A stretch of 64,000 nucleotides of DNA from assembly GCA_017618055.1 (NCBI GenBank), contig JAFZVB010000005.1:91139-155138 (forward strand), given 5' to 3'. Of this stretch, positions 50,810 through 61,373 are shown piece after piece. The notes under the pieces are model-generated. The model was not told the DNA's origin. It ran no database searches and was given only the letters and a program-made list of their open reading frames with translations. This stretch comes from Clostridia bacterium (GTDB lineage Bacteria; Bacillota; Clostridia; Christensenellales; CAG-917). The position numbers were made by a program, and so were the translations under genes. How positions within the stretch are numbered: the stretch's first letter is position 1; every line of letters starts with the position of its first letter.

Positions 50810-53800
50810 CTAGTCTATTTCCACCTCTTTTCCTGTAACTAAAGATATAACATACATCTTGTTGATTTCTTTGCTAGTTGCACTTTCATATGCTTTTTTG
50901 TATAGATAAAGTTGCTTTTTGTATTTTTCTTTTAAAACTTCTGGGCTTAAGTTAGATAACTTATAGTCTACAAGATATATACCTTTATCGCTTTCGATAA
51001 GCAAGTCTATAATACCTTGAACAAGCACCTTGTCATCAGCCTTTGCATCGTCTATAACATCACATGCAGGAACATACATTGTGAACTTTAATTCTCTACG
51101 GACTTTGCCATTTCTAGCAATTTCCATAATGTCTGTATTCATAACTTTTACGATGTTCTCTGGTTTGATTCCAGCAACTTGCTCTGTAGTAATTTCACCA
51201 GCTAGAACCATCTTTTGAATCTCAGCATTTACTTGCTCTAATGTTCTTGCTTTAAGGTCTATTAATTCCATGATCTTATGGGCAACAGAACCAAGATTAG
51301 TCTTTCTTTCAAAGACTTCTGGGACTACACTTTCATCCTCTTTAATTGGATTAAGGGCAGTAACGGAATACTTTGCAGAGAGTTTTGTGGATTCTTCATG
51401 GTCGTATACGAAATCACCATATCCTTCAAGTATTGGTTTGAGTTCACTATCCACTACTGGTTCAACAAATACTTCCCTTTCTGCTATTTCTTTTTCATTG
51501 ACTTCATTATGCCAGAAGAGGTTTGTAGCATACTTCATTACGTGTCTCTTAAGATACATAAAATCTTCAATGAAATCCATCATCTTTTTCTTGAATCCAA
51601 GTTCACGAGTTATTGCAAATTTAGGATTATTATCTTTGTCTAAACTACCTGCACCACCAAGTAAGTACATCTTGTCCTTTGCTCTAGTAAGAGCAACATA
51701 GAACAATCTCATCTCATTCTTCTCTTCTGTATACTCATTTAATTCCTCAATAACAGCTCTATTGAATGATGTGATTTTGGTCTTTTTATCTATATCATAA
51801 TAATCTAGTGCAATGAAACCGTTGTTGTTATATGCAACGTCATCTTTTTGATTAGATCCAGATGCATCATCTAATCCTGGAAGGAATACTATTGGTGCTT
51901 CCAAACCTTTATATGCATGGTATGTGGAAATCTTTACTCTATTACCACCAACTACACTAGGTGTATCTATGCTTGCTTCATTTTCACTATAAAGGCTAAT
52001 AAACTTAGATAAGTCATTGTTTTCATCTAAACTTTCTACTGCATCTATGAATGCATTTAGCTCTATAGTTTCACTATCTCCTTGTTGCATAAGATATGCA
52101 TCATAGGAATACTTACCAACTATTGTTCTAATTAATTCACCAACAGTTTTGAAACTAGATTTAATTCTTAAATCATCAACCTTGTCTAACATATCTTTGA
52201 CACGATTACCCAAATCGGTTCCAGTTTTAGATACTTCTAAAACTTTGTCATAGAAGTTAGAGTATCTTAGATCTAAGAAATTGTTGGATATATCCATCAA
52301 ATCTTTCTCATTGAATCCACCCATAATAGATAACATGAAACCAGCAAGAGGAATATCTTGTCTTGGATTGTCTATTACTCTAAGTAAATTCATAATATCT
52401 TTTTCTGCTGAAGAAGAACCTTTTAAGAATGAACCACAATCTAGTGGTATATTTTCGTTCTTAAGCTTTTCAATAATATCTTTAGCAGTTGAACCTCTCT
52501 TTCTGAATAAGATAACGATATCTGAATATTTATAATATTCACCTTTTGAATTTGTTTTCTTTCCAACAGTATCTAATATTGTCTTAGCGATGAAGTTGCC
52601 TTGCATATCACTTATCTTTTCATACTTTTTGTTATGCTTATGTTCACTAAGTTTATAAACAGTATTATTCTCTTCGCCATCTGGTTTTTGTGGAGTAATG
52701 AATAAATGCAATTCAACATCGGAACCAATTTCCTTTGTTTCTGTTTTGAACATAGAATCATGGAGATAATCTATTCCACAATTTGCTTTAGTCATTTCAA
52801 CAGAGAAAACTTCATTAACAAAGTTAAGAATTCCATCTTTACTTCTGAAGTTCTTATTGAACTGGATACTTACACTATTTGCATCATTATCATATTCTTC
52901 TTGTCTGTCCAAGAAAATTTGAGGATCTGCAAGTCTGAATTCATAAATTGCTTGCTTAACATCTCCAACGAAGAATGCTTCTCTGTTTATAAGATGAGAG
53001 TATATGTACTCTTGTGTCTTATTAACGTCTTGATATTCGTCTACAAATAGAACATCAAATTCCTTTCTAATTTCTTCTCCAAAGACCTTTAAGAGTTCAA
53101 CCATCTTATGTTCTAAGTCATTAAATGTAAGGATGTTTCTGCTCTTTTTGAGTTCTGCGAACTTCTCTTCAAATCTTTGAACCATTTCTATTAACTTCAA
53201 AACGAAGATTCTGTTTTGGTTAAAGCTTGCTTCAATGTATTCAACATTGTTGTATTTGCCATAGAATGCCTTCCATAAATCCTTAAAGGATTTAATAACG
53301 GCTTTACACTTAACCATGATTTCATCACTCTTTTTGCTACTTGCTCTCTTGGATGTGAATTCTTCGTCAAAAGTATCAATAACATCTCTAAATGAGTATT
53401 TATCAAAATAATCTATTTTGTTGCCGATATAAGACATATCTTCAAGCAAATCTTGATACTTATTCTTTTCTCCAGCATCTGCATATTGAATAGCTTCCTT
53501 AAGGTTAGCAATTTCATCCTTAATTCTATGGAGTTTATTTCTAAATAAAGAGAGCAACATATTAGTGAAAGCATCACCTTCACCATCTACATCATAGTTC
53601 TTCTTGATTTCTTCAATGAATTCTTCCTTTTCTGGTCTTGCGTCTATAATGTTATAGATACTAATCAAAGACTTCTTGAAAGCATCTTCTCCTCTAGAAC
53701 TTGCAAAGATATCGCTGAGAATTGAGAATACTTCGTCATTACTTTCAAAGTACTCATCTAATACTTCGTCCATTGCCATATTCATTAATATAGAAGTTGT

Positions 53801-54217
53801 ATCTTCATTGGCAACTGCAAATGTAGGAGAAATATCAATCTTATCAAAGTATTGTCTAATCATATTCGCACAGAAACTGTGTGTAGTTCCAATGTGTGCA
53901 TTTGGAAGATCATCAATTGCTTCTCTAAAGAATTGTGTTTCTTCTGTCTCTGGTAAAAGGATTTGGTTATACAACTCTCTTGCTAATCTTTGTCTTAATT
54001 CTTCTGCTGCTGCATCATTGAAAACAAGGACTAAAATCTTCTTAAGAGGTGTTCCTCTACCTAACTCTGCAAGAATTCTATATACTAAAGTATATGTCTT
54101 ACCACTACCTGCGGATGCAGATACTAAAATGTTCTTATCTTCAGTAATAGCTTGTTTTTGTTCTGTAGTTAATTTTTCTTTTATTTCGTCACTAGCGAAT
54201 ATCTTCATTTCTTGCAT
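50810..54217 (-). CDS. addA: ATP-dependent helicase/nuclease subunit A
   Basis: 1135 aa: UvrD-type Walker A SASAGSGKTYTL, DEYQDVN, and a C-terminal PD-(D/E)xK nuclease motif GIIDLL...LVDYK. Confidence 0.9.
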   Translation of the reverse strand: MQEMKIFASDEIKEKLTTEQKQAITEDKNILVSASAGSGKTYTLVYRILAELGRGTPLKKILVLVFNDAAAEELRQRLARELYNQILLPETEETQFFREAIDDLPNAHIGTTHSFCANMIRQYFDKIDISPTFAVANEDTTSILMNMAMDEVLDEYFESNDEVFSILSDIFASSRGEDAFKKSLISIYNIIDARPEKEEFIEEIKKNYDVDGEGDAFTNMLLSLFRNKLHRIKDEIANLKEAIQYADAGEKNKYQDLLEDMSYIGNKIDYFDKYSFRDVIDTFDEEFTSKRASSKKSDEIMVKCKAVIKSFKDLWKAFYGKYNNVEYIEASFNQNRIFVLKLIEMVQRFEEKFAELKKSRNILTFNDLEHKMVELLKVFGEEIRKEFDVLFVDEYQDVNKTQEYIYSHLINREAFFVGDVKQAIYEFRLADPQIFLDRQEEYDNDANSVSIQFNKNFRSKDGILNFVNEVFSVEMTKANCGIDYLHDSMFKTETKEIGSDVELHLFITPQKPDGEENNTVYKLSEHKHNKKYEKISDMQGNFIAKTILDTVGKKTNSKGEYYKYSDIVILFRKRGSTAKDIIEKLKNENIPLDCGSFLKGSSSAEKDIMNLLRVIDNPRQDIPLAGFMLSIMGGFNEKDLMDISNNFLDLRYSNFYDKVLEVSKTGTDLGNRVKDMLDKVDDLRIKSSFKTVGELIRTIVGKYSYDAYLMQQGDSETIELNAFIDAVESLDENNDLSKFISLYSENEASIDTPSVVGGNRVKISTYHAYKGLEAPIVFLPGLDDASGSNQKDDVAYNNNGFIALDYYDIDKKTKITSFNRAVIEELNEYTEEKNEMRLFYVALTRAKDKMYLLGGAGSLDKDNNPKFAITRELGFKKKMMDFIEDFMYLKRHVMKYATNLFWHNEVNEKEIAEREVFVEPVVDSELKPILEGYGDFVYDHEESTKLSAKYSVTALNPIKEDESVVPEVFERKTNLGSVAHKIMELIDLKARTLEQVNAEIQKMVLAGEITTEQVAGIKPENIVKVMNTDIMEIARNGKVRRELKFTMYVPACDVIDDAKADDKVLVQGIIDLLIESDKGIYLVDYKLSNLSPEVLKEKYKKQLYLYKKAYESATSKEINKMYVISLVTGKEVEID

Positions 54218-57200
54218 ACTTATATACCTCCGGTTCTACGAACTCTTCTTCTGCTGGTGCATAAATGTTTTCGTATGTTTTTAAATGTACCGTTTGTTTG
54301 TTTCTTTCATTATCTTGGATATATCCACATATCTTCCTATATGCGCAGTTTGTACATGAACCTGCATATGGTAATGGTTCAATAAGACCATCCATAATGT
54401 CTTCAACACCACTTCTTGCAACGTCTTCTGAATACTCACCCAACATATCCATCTTTGCAGGATCCATTAATGTCTCTGGATCTTCCATTTTGTTTGGTGC
54501 TCTTCCAATCATTTCATATGCTGCAAAAGACTTTTCTTTATCTTTAGGATAATCTGGATCTATAGTCTCTTGAATTCCAGGTGTATTATAAACCACACCC
54601 TTAAACTTGAATCTATTAACTTCAACGTCTTTATCATATGTGGCATAGATAGGTTGATAGAACACACCAATTGGGTTGTAATTCAACTTTTGAAGTGCTC
54701 TCATATATAGGAACAATTGAATTTGTTTCCCAAAGTACAACTCACTTAAATTAATGTCTGCACCCTTGTATGTTTTGTAGTCTATGATGTAAACCTTATC
54801 ATCATATTGGTCTACTCTGTCTATCTGTCCTTTAAAGATAATATCTTTATCTCTAACATTTAGCTTAATTCCAGGTAATACCTTTTTATCCTTATTCTCT
54901 ACACCGAACTTTTGTTCTATCATAATTGGATTAAATAAGGACTTACTTGAATTATGATATAATTCAGAACATATTTCCTTACATTCTTCTAATAGTTTAG
55001 CAAACAATCTCTTTCTCTCACCTTGAGCCATCTTTTGGTGTCTTGGATGTTTTTCCAAGGCCTTATCAAAAGCAGCCTCAATCTTGGATTCAAGATTAAG
55101 TTCATTAACTCTATTATGCATAATCTCTTCAAAGAAGTATTGAAGTACAGCATGGATAATGATACCAGTTTCATAAGATTGAATTCTGGATGAATCCCTT
55201 TGCTTTAAATCTAATCCATATTGAAGGAAATATTTATATGGACAGGTAAAGAAGGTTTCTATCTTAGAGATAGAAGTTGAAGCATCATCCTCTGTTCCCA
55301 ATAACTTATCTCCATCCACATTTGTTGGATATCTAAAGATACTTTGTATTGCATTCTTATTAGAATCTTTTAATGTATTATATGCTGTTCCATATATCTT
55401 GTTGTTGCTTTCATCCACTCTTCCGGAGAATAAGTTTCTAAGTGTTGAATAATACTTGGAATCTTCTGTTGAAAATAATACTTTTTCAATCTTTTCTCTT
55501 TCTTGTGGTTCTAATGATGCCAAATCGTCCAAGTTAATTTCTTTTGCCTTAATTGGATCACCATTTTCATCCATTAACATAGATTCCATTTGTAATAGTA
55601 CAAATGATGGCTGGCTTGCACCATTAGGTGTGGATGTAGAATAAGAAATATCTGTTTCTTGTCTAGATTTCTTTAAAATTTCAAGAGCAGATAATCTTTC
55701 TGTATAATTTCTTTCCTTTAATGTTGGCGTTATTCTTAAACCAATGCTTCCAAGGTTTTCTTCATCTGTATCTGAAATAATGATTCCACTCTTAAATACA
55801 CTTGGGAATGTACCTTGTGCGGCGCCAACAATGTATATCTTACCAATACCCATGAATCTACTTTGTCCATCTCCAACATATACACAGTCTCTAAATGTAG
55901 GAACTAAGGAAATGTTCATATTCTCTATCATAGTCTTGAACATATCAATGAAGCCTTCAACATTCTTTGGTGTGTTGCCAAGAATCTCTTTAATTTCATC
56001 TAATATTTGGTCTATCTTCTTGTTTACTTGCTCTGCAACTTTAGCATAATAATTGTTGTCATCAAGTTGTTCGATAACTAACTTATGATAGTTCCAAAGA
56101 TCCTTAATAGCTAAAGACTTATTCTTTACTGCATCAGATAAATGTGCTGCTGTACTTAAATCCTCTTGTTCAAAAGCACTTACGAACTCATACATTTCCC
56201 TTCTTACAAACTCAACAATTCCATAGTCTTCATCTGAAACTTTTTTGTCTTGTTCATGAGTGATATCAAAAGGACTCTTGAATATAGTATAATTTATACT
56301 ATATTTCAAAACATAGTTTTCAAACTTGTTTACATAATCTTTATAAACAGTTTCATCTTCCATCTGAAGCTTCTCTTTCATCTCATCTTCATAGTTCTCA
56401 TCATCCACATTACTGTTTAATTTGTAATTCTTTACTCTAAATCTTAATAATGTTATGAATAATGGATTCTTTACAAAAGATAAAACATCTTCTCTTCTGT
56501 ATCCAGTCTTAACAACTTCTAACATGGAGAGTAAGAAACGAATTTGTGTTTGAGCCATTAAAGGTTCTTTTTGGTCTATAAAGAATGGGATATCTAATCT
56601 CTTAAATATTGCTTTTAATTGAGGATAATAGATTTGTGGTTGTGCACATACAACTTCAAAGTTATAGTATCTTGCTTTCTTATCTATTACCTTACTCTTA
56701 ATATCAATAGCAACTCTTAATAATTCTTCGTAAATAGAATTTGCTTTAAATATGTTATATTTACCCTTGTTTTCAACTCTAACAGAAGGAACTCTGTATG
56801 AGAATAAATACTTGGATAGAATCTCTTGTTGAGGTTCCATTGGGTATTTCTTTTCTATTATGGTTACATTGGAATTTGTTTCTTTAATTCTTTCAATAAT
56901 CTTCTCTGCTGGGTAAATATCCTTGTTTGGATTGTGCAAACCAGATGTCAAACCTAAACATACATTGTCTGAAATAGTATCTAAAGCATTAATAATGTTT
57001 ATCTCAGTTGCAGATAAATCATAATAATCCATAATAAAATAATCATGTTTTTCTTGCTTGTTTTGTTGTCTTAACCAACCAGCAAAAACTTCAAGTCTTG
57101 TAGAAGCATCAGAAAAAGCATTACCAAGAGCTTCAATATATTTCTCATATACTAAAGCTAGATCATGTGCTTTTTGTCCAGTTACATTATTATCCAATTT

Positions 57201-57611
57201 AATCTCGGATTGGCTTAATGTTTTTGGATCTATTCCACTTCTTCTTATAACGTTAATTGCATCCGAAAATTCTTCTGCAAAACCATCTTTCCCTGCCGCT
57301 TTTTTATAATAAACCAAATCACTCTTGTTCTTGTCTATTACATCGGCCATAAGCATAACCGAACCTTGTGGTGTTAAGTATCTGCTTAATTTCTTGTTTA
57401 ATTCGTTTCTAGCCAAATAGTTAAAAGATTGAACTTCAAGTAAGAAACTACTATCCTTACCTAAACTTTCAAGCAATCCTCTTTCTACAGACATAGTAAA
57501 ACGATCTGGGACTAAAACCGTAACTTCATGCTGGTTATTTAAACTTTTTACAATTTCATTAACCATTCCATGATATACACCTTTAGCCGAATCTGAAACT
57601 AATATCCTCAT
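54192..57611 (-). CDS. addB: ATP-dependent helicase/nuclease subunit B
   Basis: 1139 aa with a C-terminal nuclease GQIDRVD...IIDYKT and four cysteines (CPYKY ... CTNCAYRKIC) in AddB-type Fe-S spacing. It overlaps the addA start by 26 nt. Confidence 0.85.
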   Translation of the reverse strand: MRILVSDSAKGVYHGMVNEIVKSLNNQHEVTVLVPDRFTMSVERGLLESLGKDSSFLLEVQSFNYLARNELNKKLSRYLTPQGSVMLMADVIDKNKSDLVYYKKAAGKDGFAEEFSDAINVIRRSGIDPKTLSQSEIKLDNNVTGQKAHDLALVYEKYIEALGNAFSDASTRLEVFAGWLRQQNKQEKHDYFIMDYYDLSATEINIINALDTISDNVCLGLTSGLHNPNKDIYPAEKIIERIKETNSNVTIIEKKYPMEPQQEILSKYLFSYRVPSVRVENKGKYNIFKANSIYEELLRVAIDIKSKVIDKKARYYNFEVVCAQPQIYYPQLKAIFKRLDIPFFIDQKEPLMAQTQIRFLLSMLEVVKTGYRREDVLSFVKNPLFITLLRFRVKNYKLNSNVDDENYEDEMKEKLQMEDETVYKDYVNKFENYVLKYSINYTIFKSPFDITHEQDKKVSDEDYGIVEFVRREMYEFVSAFEQEDLSTAAHLSDAVKNKSLAIKDLWNYHKLVIEQLDDNNYYAKVAEQVNKKIDQILDEIKEILGNTPKNVEGFIDMFKTMIENMNISLVPTFRDCVYVGDGQSRFMGIGKIYIVGAAQGTFPSVFKSGIIISDTDEENLGSIGLRITPTLKERNYTERLSALEILKKSRQETDISYSTSTPNGASQPSFVLLQMESMLMDENGDPIKAKEINLDDLASLEPQEREKIEKVLFSTEDSKYYSTLRNLFSGRVDESNNKIYGTAYNTLKDSNKNAIQSIFRYPTNVDGDKLLGTEDDASTSISKIETFFTCPYKYFLQYGLDLKQRDSSRIQSYETGIIIHAVLQYFFEEIMHNRVNELNLESKIEAAFDKALEKHPRHQKMAQGERKRLFAKLLEECKEICSELYHNSSKSLFNPIMIEQKFGVENKDKKVLPGIKLNVRDKDIIFKGQIDRVDQYDDKVYIIDYKTYKGADINLSELYFGKQIQLFLYMRALQKLNYNPIGVFYQPIYATYDKDVEVNRFKFKGVVYNTPGIQETIDPDYPKDKEKSFAAYEMIGRAPNKMEDPETLMDPAKMDMLGEYSEDVARSGVEDIMDGLIEPLPYAGSCTNCAYRKICGYIQDNERNKQTVHLKTYENIYAPAEEEFVEPEVYKYARNEDIR

Positions 57612-57872
57612 TTAGTCTTTCTCTCCTTGCATCTGTTTTCTATATTATACGTTAATTTTTCGTTCTTTTGTTGGAAACCTTCTTTATATAAATTTTTTAA
57701 GGATAAAAATTTTATATAATAATTGCACTTTTTCCTAGATTTTTTTATATTTCACAATCTTCTATATCCATACTTTCCATTAGTATTATACGACAACATT
57801 TGTACCAAAAAAGGGACTTTAAAAATAATTTTTATCTTGAATTATTTTAGGCATTATTATTAAATAATTTAT

Positions 57873-57901
57873 TTGCCAGAATATAGTTTAAGTTATATAA
57901 T
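57873..57901 (+). promoter_or_regulatory. Near-consensus promoter abutting the ATG of the 57911 lipoprotein gene
   Basis: TTGCCA (57873-57878), a 17-nt spacer, TATAAT (57896-57901), then 9 nt (CTAACCATT) to the ATG with no SD. Confidence 0.45.
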
Positions 57902-57910
57902 CTAACCATT

Positions 57911-58807
57911 ATGAAAAAGTTAGGTTTATCATTATTATTAATATTAGTTATATGTGCAGTTGCTTTTGGTGCAACAGCATGTAATAGGGCTACCACAGAA
58001 GGTCAAATTGAGAACGTATTCTTTAATTTGCAAAATGGTGCAACAGAGTCCTATGAATATGATGTAACAAATTCATCTAATAGTGCAACAGGTACATATA
58101 AAACAACAATTAAGTACTACACAGCTGGACAAGAAGTTGTTCTCTCTGACTACAACAAAGTAACAAATTGTGGAAAGGGTTATCTCTTCACTTCTGAGTT
58201 GACTATGTCAGATGGATATACATCTAAGTCCTCTTGTTATTTTGTTATTTCCTCAGTTAGTGGTGTAACATCCACATTCTTAAAACCAGTTGCATCATTT
58301 AAGAAAGTAACAGGTTCAGCTAATGATTTCATAGAATATGGCTCATACTCTGGAAAAGATTACGAATACACCCTAATTACTTCTGAAACGAACACAGGCA
58401 ATGTAACAGTTGGAACAAAGTTCTATGACAACAATGAATTCCACAACTCTTTAAGAGGTGTAAGTAAAGACATCTTCAATTCTGGATTTACTCTTTCATT
58501 CAACGTTGCAGTTGTAACAGCAGACGAACAAGCAGCTGCTTCCATTACTGCAAAATCAGATGGAAAAGAAAACATTACAACTAACGTATTAGATGGAGAC
58601 AATAACAAAACTGTTTATGAAAGTTATGCTGTATCTCTTTCTAGAAGCACAAAAGTTGCTGGATCTACACAAAAGATTTGGTATGCAAAAGATGATGTGC
58701 CAATAAATGCTGGAGCAGAATATACTTTTTATATTAGACATTTAATTACACAAATCGTAGAAGGAACCGTAACATATATACTTAAATCCTTCGCATTATC
58801 TTTATAA
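57911..58807 (+). CDS. Lipoprotein, function unknown
   Basis: 298 aa with lipobox AFGATAC after a hydrophobic signal peptide. It is S/T/N-rich and I recognise no family motif. Confidence 0.65.
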   Translation: MKKLGLSLLLILVICAVAFGATACNRATTEGQIENVFFNLQNGATESYEYDVTNSSNSATGTYKTTIKYYTAGQEVVLSDYNKVTNCGKGYLFTSELTMSDGYTSKSSCYFVISSVSGVTSTFLKPVASFKKVTGSANDFIEYGSYSGKDYEYTLITSETNTGNVTVGTKFYDNNEFHNSLRGVSKDIFNSGFTLSFNVAVVTADEQAAASITAKSDGKENITTNVLDGDNNKTVYESYAVSLSRSTKVAGSTQKIWYAKDDVPINAGAEYTFYIRHLITQIVEGTVTYILKSFALSL

Positions 58808-58828
58808 TTCTAACAAACTGAATAATAA

Positions 58829-58865
58829 AAGCACCTAGTTGATTTTCTAGGTGCTTATTTTTATT
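58829..58865. terminator. Bidirectional rho-independent terminator between the 57911 gene and pncB
   Basis: AAGCACCUAG-UUGAUUUU-CUAGGUGCUU (10 bp) followed by AUUUUUAUU, with an A-run upstream. Confidence 0.75.
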
Positions 58866-58878
58866 ATTAAAAATAGTT

Positions 58879-60309
58879 TTATCTTCCGCCTAACATCTTA
58901 TTCTTGAGTATCCAAAGTTTTTCTGAAAGGTCTACCTTGAAGTCTTGGGTATTAATAACTCTTCTATACTCTGGAAAGAATTCAGATATACACTTTTGCT
59001 CGTACTCTCCTATTTCTTGAAGTGTTGGGAGTTTATATACTAATTCGCCATCTTTAAAAATAGGAACCATTAGTTCACGAACTGTGTAATTTTCAAATGT
59101 TGTCTTCTTCCATGTTTGCTCTGGATGGAATACTGTTAATGGCTCGCTTGTATTAATTTCTTCATCTGCAAGACAAATTAGATCTGCTGCTGCCATTCCG
59201 TTGGATTTGAATATTCTACAAATCTTCTTAATTCCTGGGTTTGTAATCTTCTCACGGCTATTGGAAATCTTAATCTTAGGCTCTACAACACCTTCACTAT
59301 TTTCCATAGCACAGAGTTTGTATACTCCACCTAAAGAAGCATTTGAGAAGGATGTGATAAGCTTTGTTCCAATACCATAAATATCTATCTTGCTATCTTG
59401 TGCTTGCAAAGCAAGAAGGATTTCTTCGTCCATATCATTGGATGCAAAAATCTTTACATAATCAAATCCTGCTTCGTCTAACATCTTTCTAGCTTCTTTA
59501 GAAAGGTATGCAAGGTCTCCACTATCTAATCTAATTCCAACAGGTTTGTGTCCCTTTGCTTCTAGTTCTTTGAAAACTGTTATAGCATTAGGAATACCAC
59601 TCTTTAATGTGTTGTATGTGTCTACTAAAAGCAAGCATCCATCTGGATATAATTCTGCATATTTTCTAAATGCATCTAATTCGGAATCAAAGGACATTAC
59701 CCAACTATGAGAATGTGTTCCTTTAATTGGTATACCAAACATCTCTCCAGCAAGTACGTCAGATGTGGAATGAATACCACCAATATATGCTGCTCTTGCT
59801 CCATATATACCTGCATCTGGTCCTTGTGCCCTTCTTAAACCGAACTCGGAGATTGGATGCTTTGTGCATTCACATAATCTTGCTGCCTTTGTTGCAATAA
59901 GAGTTTGGTGATTTACTATACAAAGTATAGAAGTCTCTATTAACTGTGCTTGGAATAAAGGTGCTTCTACTGTAAGAATTGGTTCATATGGGAATACAAG
60001 TGTACCCTCTGGGACTGCTTTAATAGATCCTGTGAATTTGAAGTTTCTTAATGCGTCTAAGAAATCCTCTCCAAAAATGTTTTGGCTTCTTAAGTATGCA
60101 ATGTCTTCTTTGCTGAAATGAAGATCTTTGATGTATTCGACAACTTGTTCAAGTCCTGCTGCAATTGCGTAACCAAAGCCACCTGAGCCCCTATAAAACA
60201 AATCAAAGGCTGCTTTTCTCTTGTCTAAACCATATTTTAGATATCCGTTTACCATTGTTAATTGGTAAAGGTCTGTTAACATAGTTAAATTTCTTTTTTC
60301 GTTAATCAT
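58879..60309 (-). CDS. pncB: Nicotinate phosphoribosyltransferase
   Basis: 476 aa: LTDLYQLTM, GTHSHSWVM, IRLDSGD. Confidence 0.9.
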   Translation of the reverse strand: MINEKRNLTMLTDLYQLTMVNGYLKYGLDKRKAAFDLFYRGSGGFGYAIAAGLEQVVEYIKDLHFSKEDIAYLRSQNIFGEDFLDALRNFKFTGSIKAVPEGTLVFPYEPILTVEAPLFQAQLIETSILCIVNHQTLIATKAARLCECTKHPISEFGLRRAQGPDAGIYGARAAYIGGIHSTSDVLAGEMFGIPIKGTHSHSWVMSFDSELDAFRKYAELYPDGCLLLVDTYNTLKSGIPNAITVFKELEAKGHKPVGIRLDSGDLAYLSKEARKMLDEAGFDYVKIFASNDMDEEILLALQAQDSKIDIYGIGTKLITSFSNASLGGVYKLCAMENSEGVVEPKIKISNSREKITNPGIKKICRIFKSNGMAAADLICLADEEINTSEPLTVFHPEQTWKKTTFENYTVRELMVPIFKDGELVYKLPTLQEIGEYEQKCISEFFPEYRRVINTQDFKVDLSEKLWILKNKMLGGR

Positions 60310-61373
60310 TTTACCCTCTTATCTTCTCTCACATAGTGAGCGTATATTTGCATTTCATAAATTCTCTTTGAGTTAATAGAATAAAGCCAACTAAACACCT
60401 TAGAAATCTTCTTCTCTGGATTTAGTAGTTTTCCTACAAACGCAAAGTTCCAAGCATCAAACTTGGTTATATTAACTTTAGAAACAGTACCTGCTTCTGT
60501 TAAGAATTTCATCTTCAAATAACTTACCTTGCTAAGCCTATACCAAACAAAGAGTGCTCCAAGGACTATTACTATTGGAAGTGCTGTCCAACAAAGGATT
60601 TGTGTAATTGGTACAGCGTCCATTCTAATGTATTCTAGCAATCCTCTAATTAAGCATTCCCATGAAAGATATACAAATGCAAGTAATCCTGGCATCTTTC
60701 TATTCTTTCTGAAGATTATTGTTAGGATTATGAATCCTAGGAAGTTCCAAGCAAGTTCATAGAAGAATGTTGCAGCAAACCAATATCCACCACCGTTTTC
60801 TGAAATTAAACGCATAACTTCTGGATAGAATTCCTCTGCTACACCACTAGGATCTGTTATGTATATTGCTATTGGGAAATGTTGCATAGAAGCTGTTGTA
60901 ATTGCAACACCAAATGCTTCTTGGTTGATGTAGTTTCCTACTCTTCCAATCACCTGTGCAAAAATGACAGGGATTGCAACTATATCTAATGCTTGTCCTA
61001 AAGAAATTGTGCTTCTATGGATAATGGAATAAATAACAATACCAAGTATTCCACCTAAGATACCACCAATGATTGTTAAACCACCTTCCCAAACGGCTAT
61101 CATGTTTATAAAGTCATCAAAGGATGTCCATTTGTAGAAATACTCTTCTGGTCTTACAAATACATATAATAATCTTGCAAAGATTACACCAAGTGGTACA
61201 ACCCACAAGAATAGTTCGATTGCCTCATCTGCATGATGTCCAATTTGCTTCATATGAACCATTGCAATAATGAGGGCTATAATCATACCAATGGTAATAA
61301 GTAATCCATACCATTGAACTTCTAATGTTCCTATTGTAAACGCTGTTCTATTTATTGAAAGTATTGTATCCAT
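60306..61373 (-). CDS. lgt: Prolipoprotein diacylglyceryl transferase with a C-terminal extension
   Basis: 355 aa with Lgt motifs (VQWYGLLI, GRVGNYINQEAFG). About 75 extra residues follow the last TM. Confidence 0.85.
   Translation of the reverse strand: MDTILSINRTAFTIGTLEVQWYGLLITIGMIIALIIAMVHMKQIGHHADEAIELFLWVVPLGVIFARLLYVFVRPEEYFYKWTSFDDFINMIAVWEGGLTIIGGILGGILGIVIYSIIHRSTISLGQALDIVAIPVIFAQVIGRVGNYINQEAFGVAITTASMQHFPIAIYITDPSGVAEEFYPEVMRLISENGGGYWFAATFFYELAWNFLGFIILTIIFRKNRKMPGLLAFVYLSWECLIRGLLEYIRMDAVPITQILCWTALPIVIVLGALFVWYRLSKVSYLKMKFLTEAGTVSKVNITKFDAWNFAFVGKLLNPEKKISKVFSWLYSINSKRIYEMQIYAHYVREDKRVK

Noticed and set aside
57684-57719. An AT-only imperfect inverted repeat (TTATATAAATTTT ... 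AAAATTTTATATAA) in the addB / lipoprotein intergenic region
   Set aside because: It is pure A/T, has a bulge, and lies in a 300-nt very AT-rich spacer, so it cannot be told apart from chance or generic promoter-region curvature.
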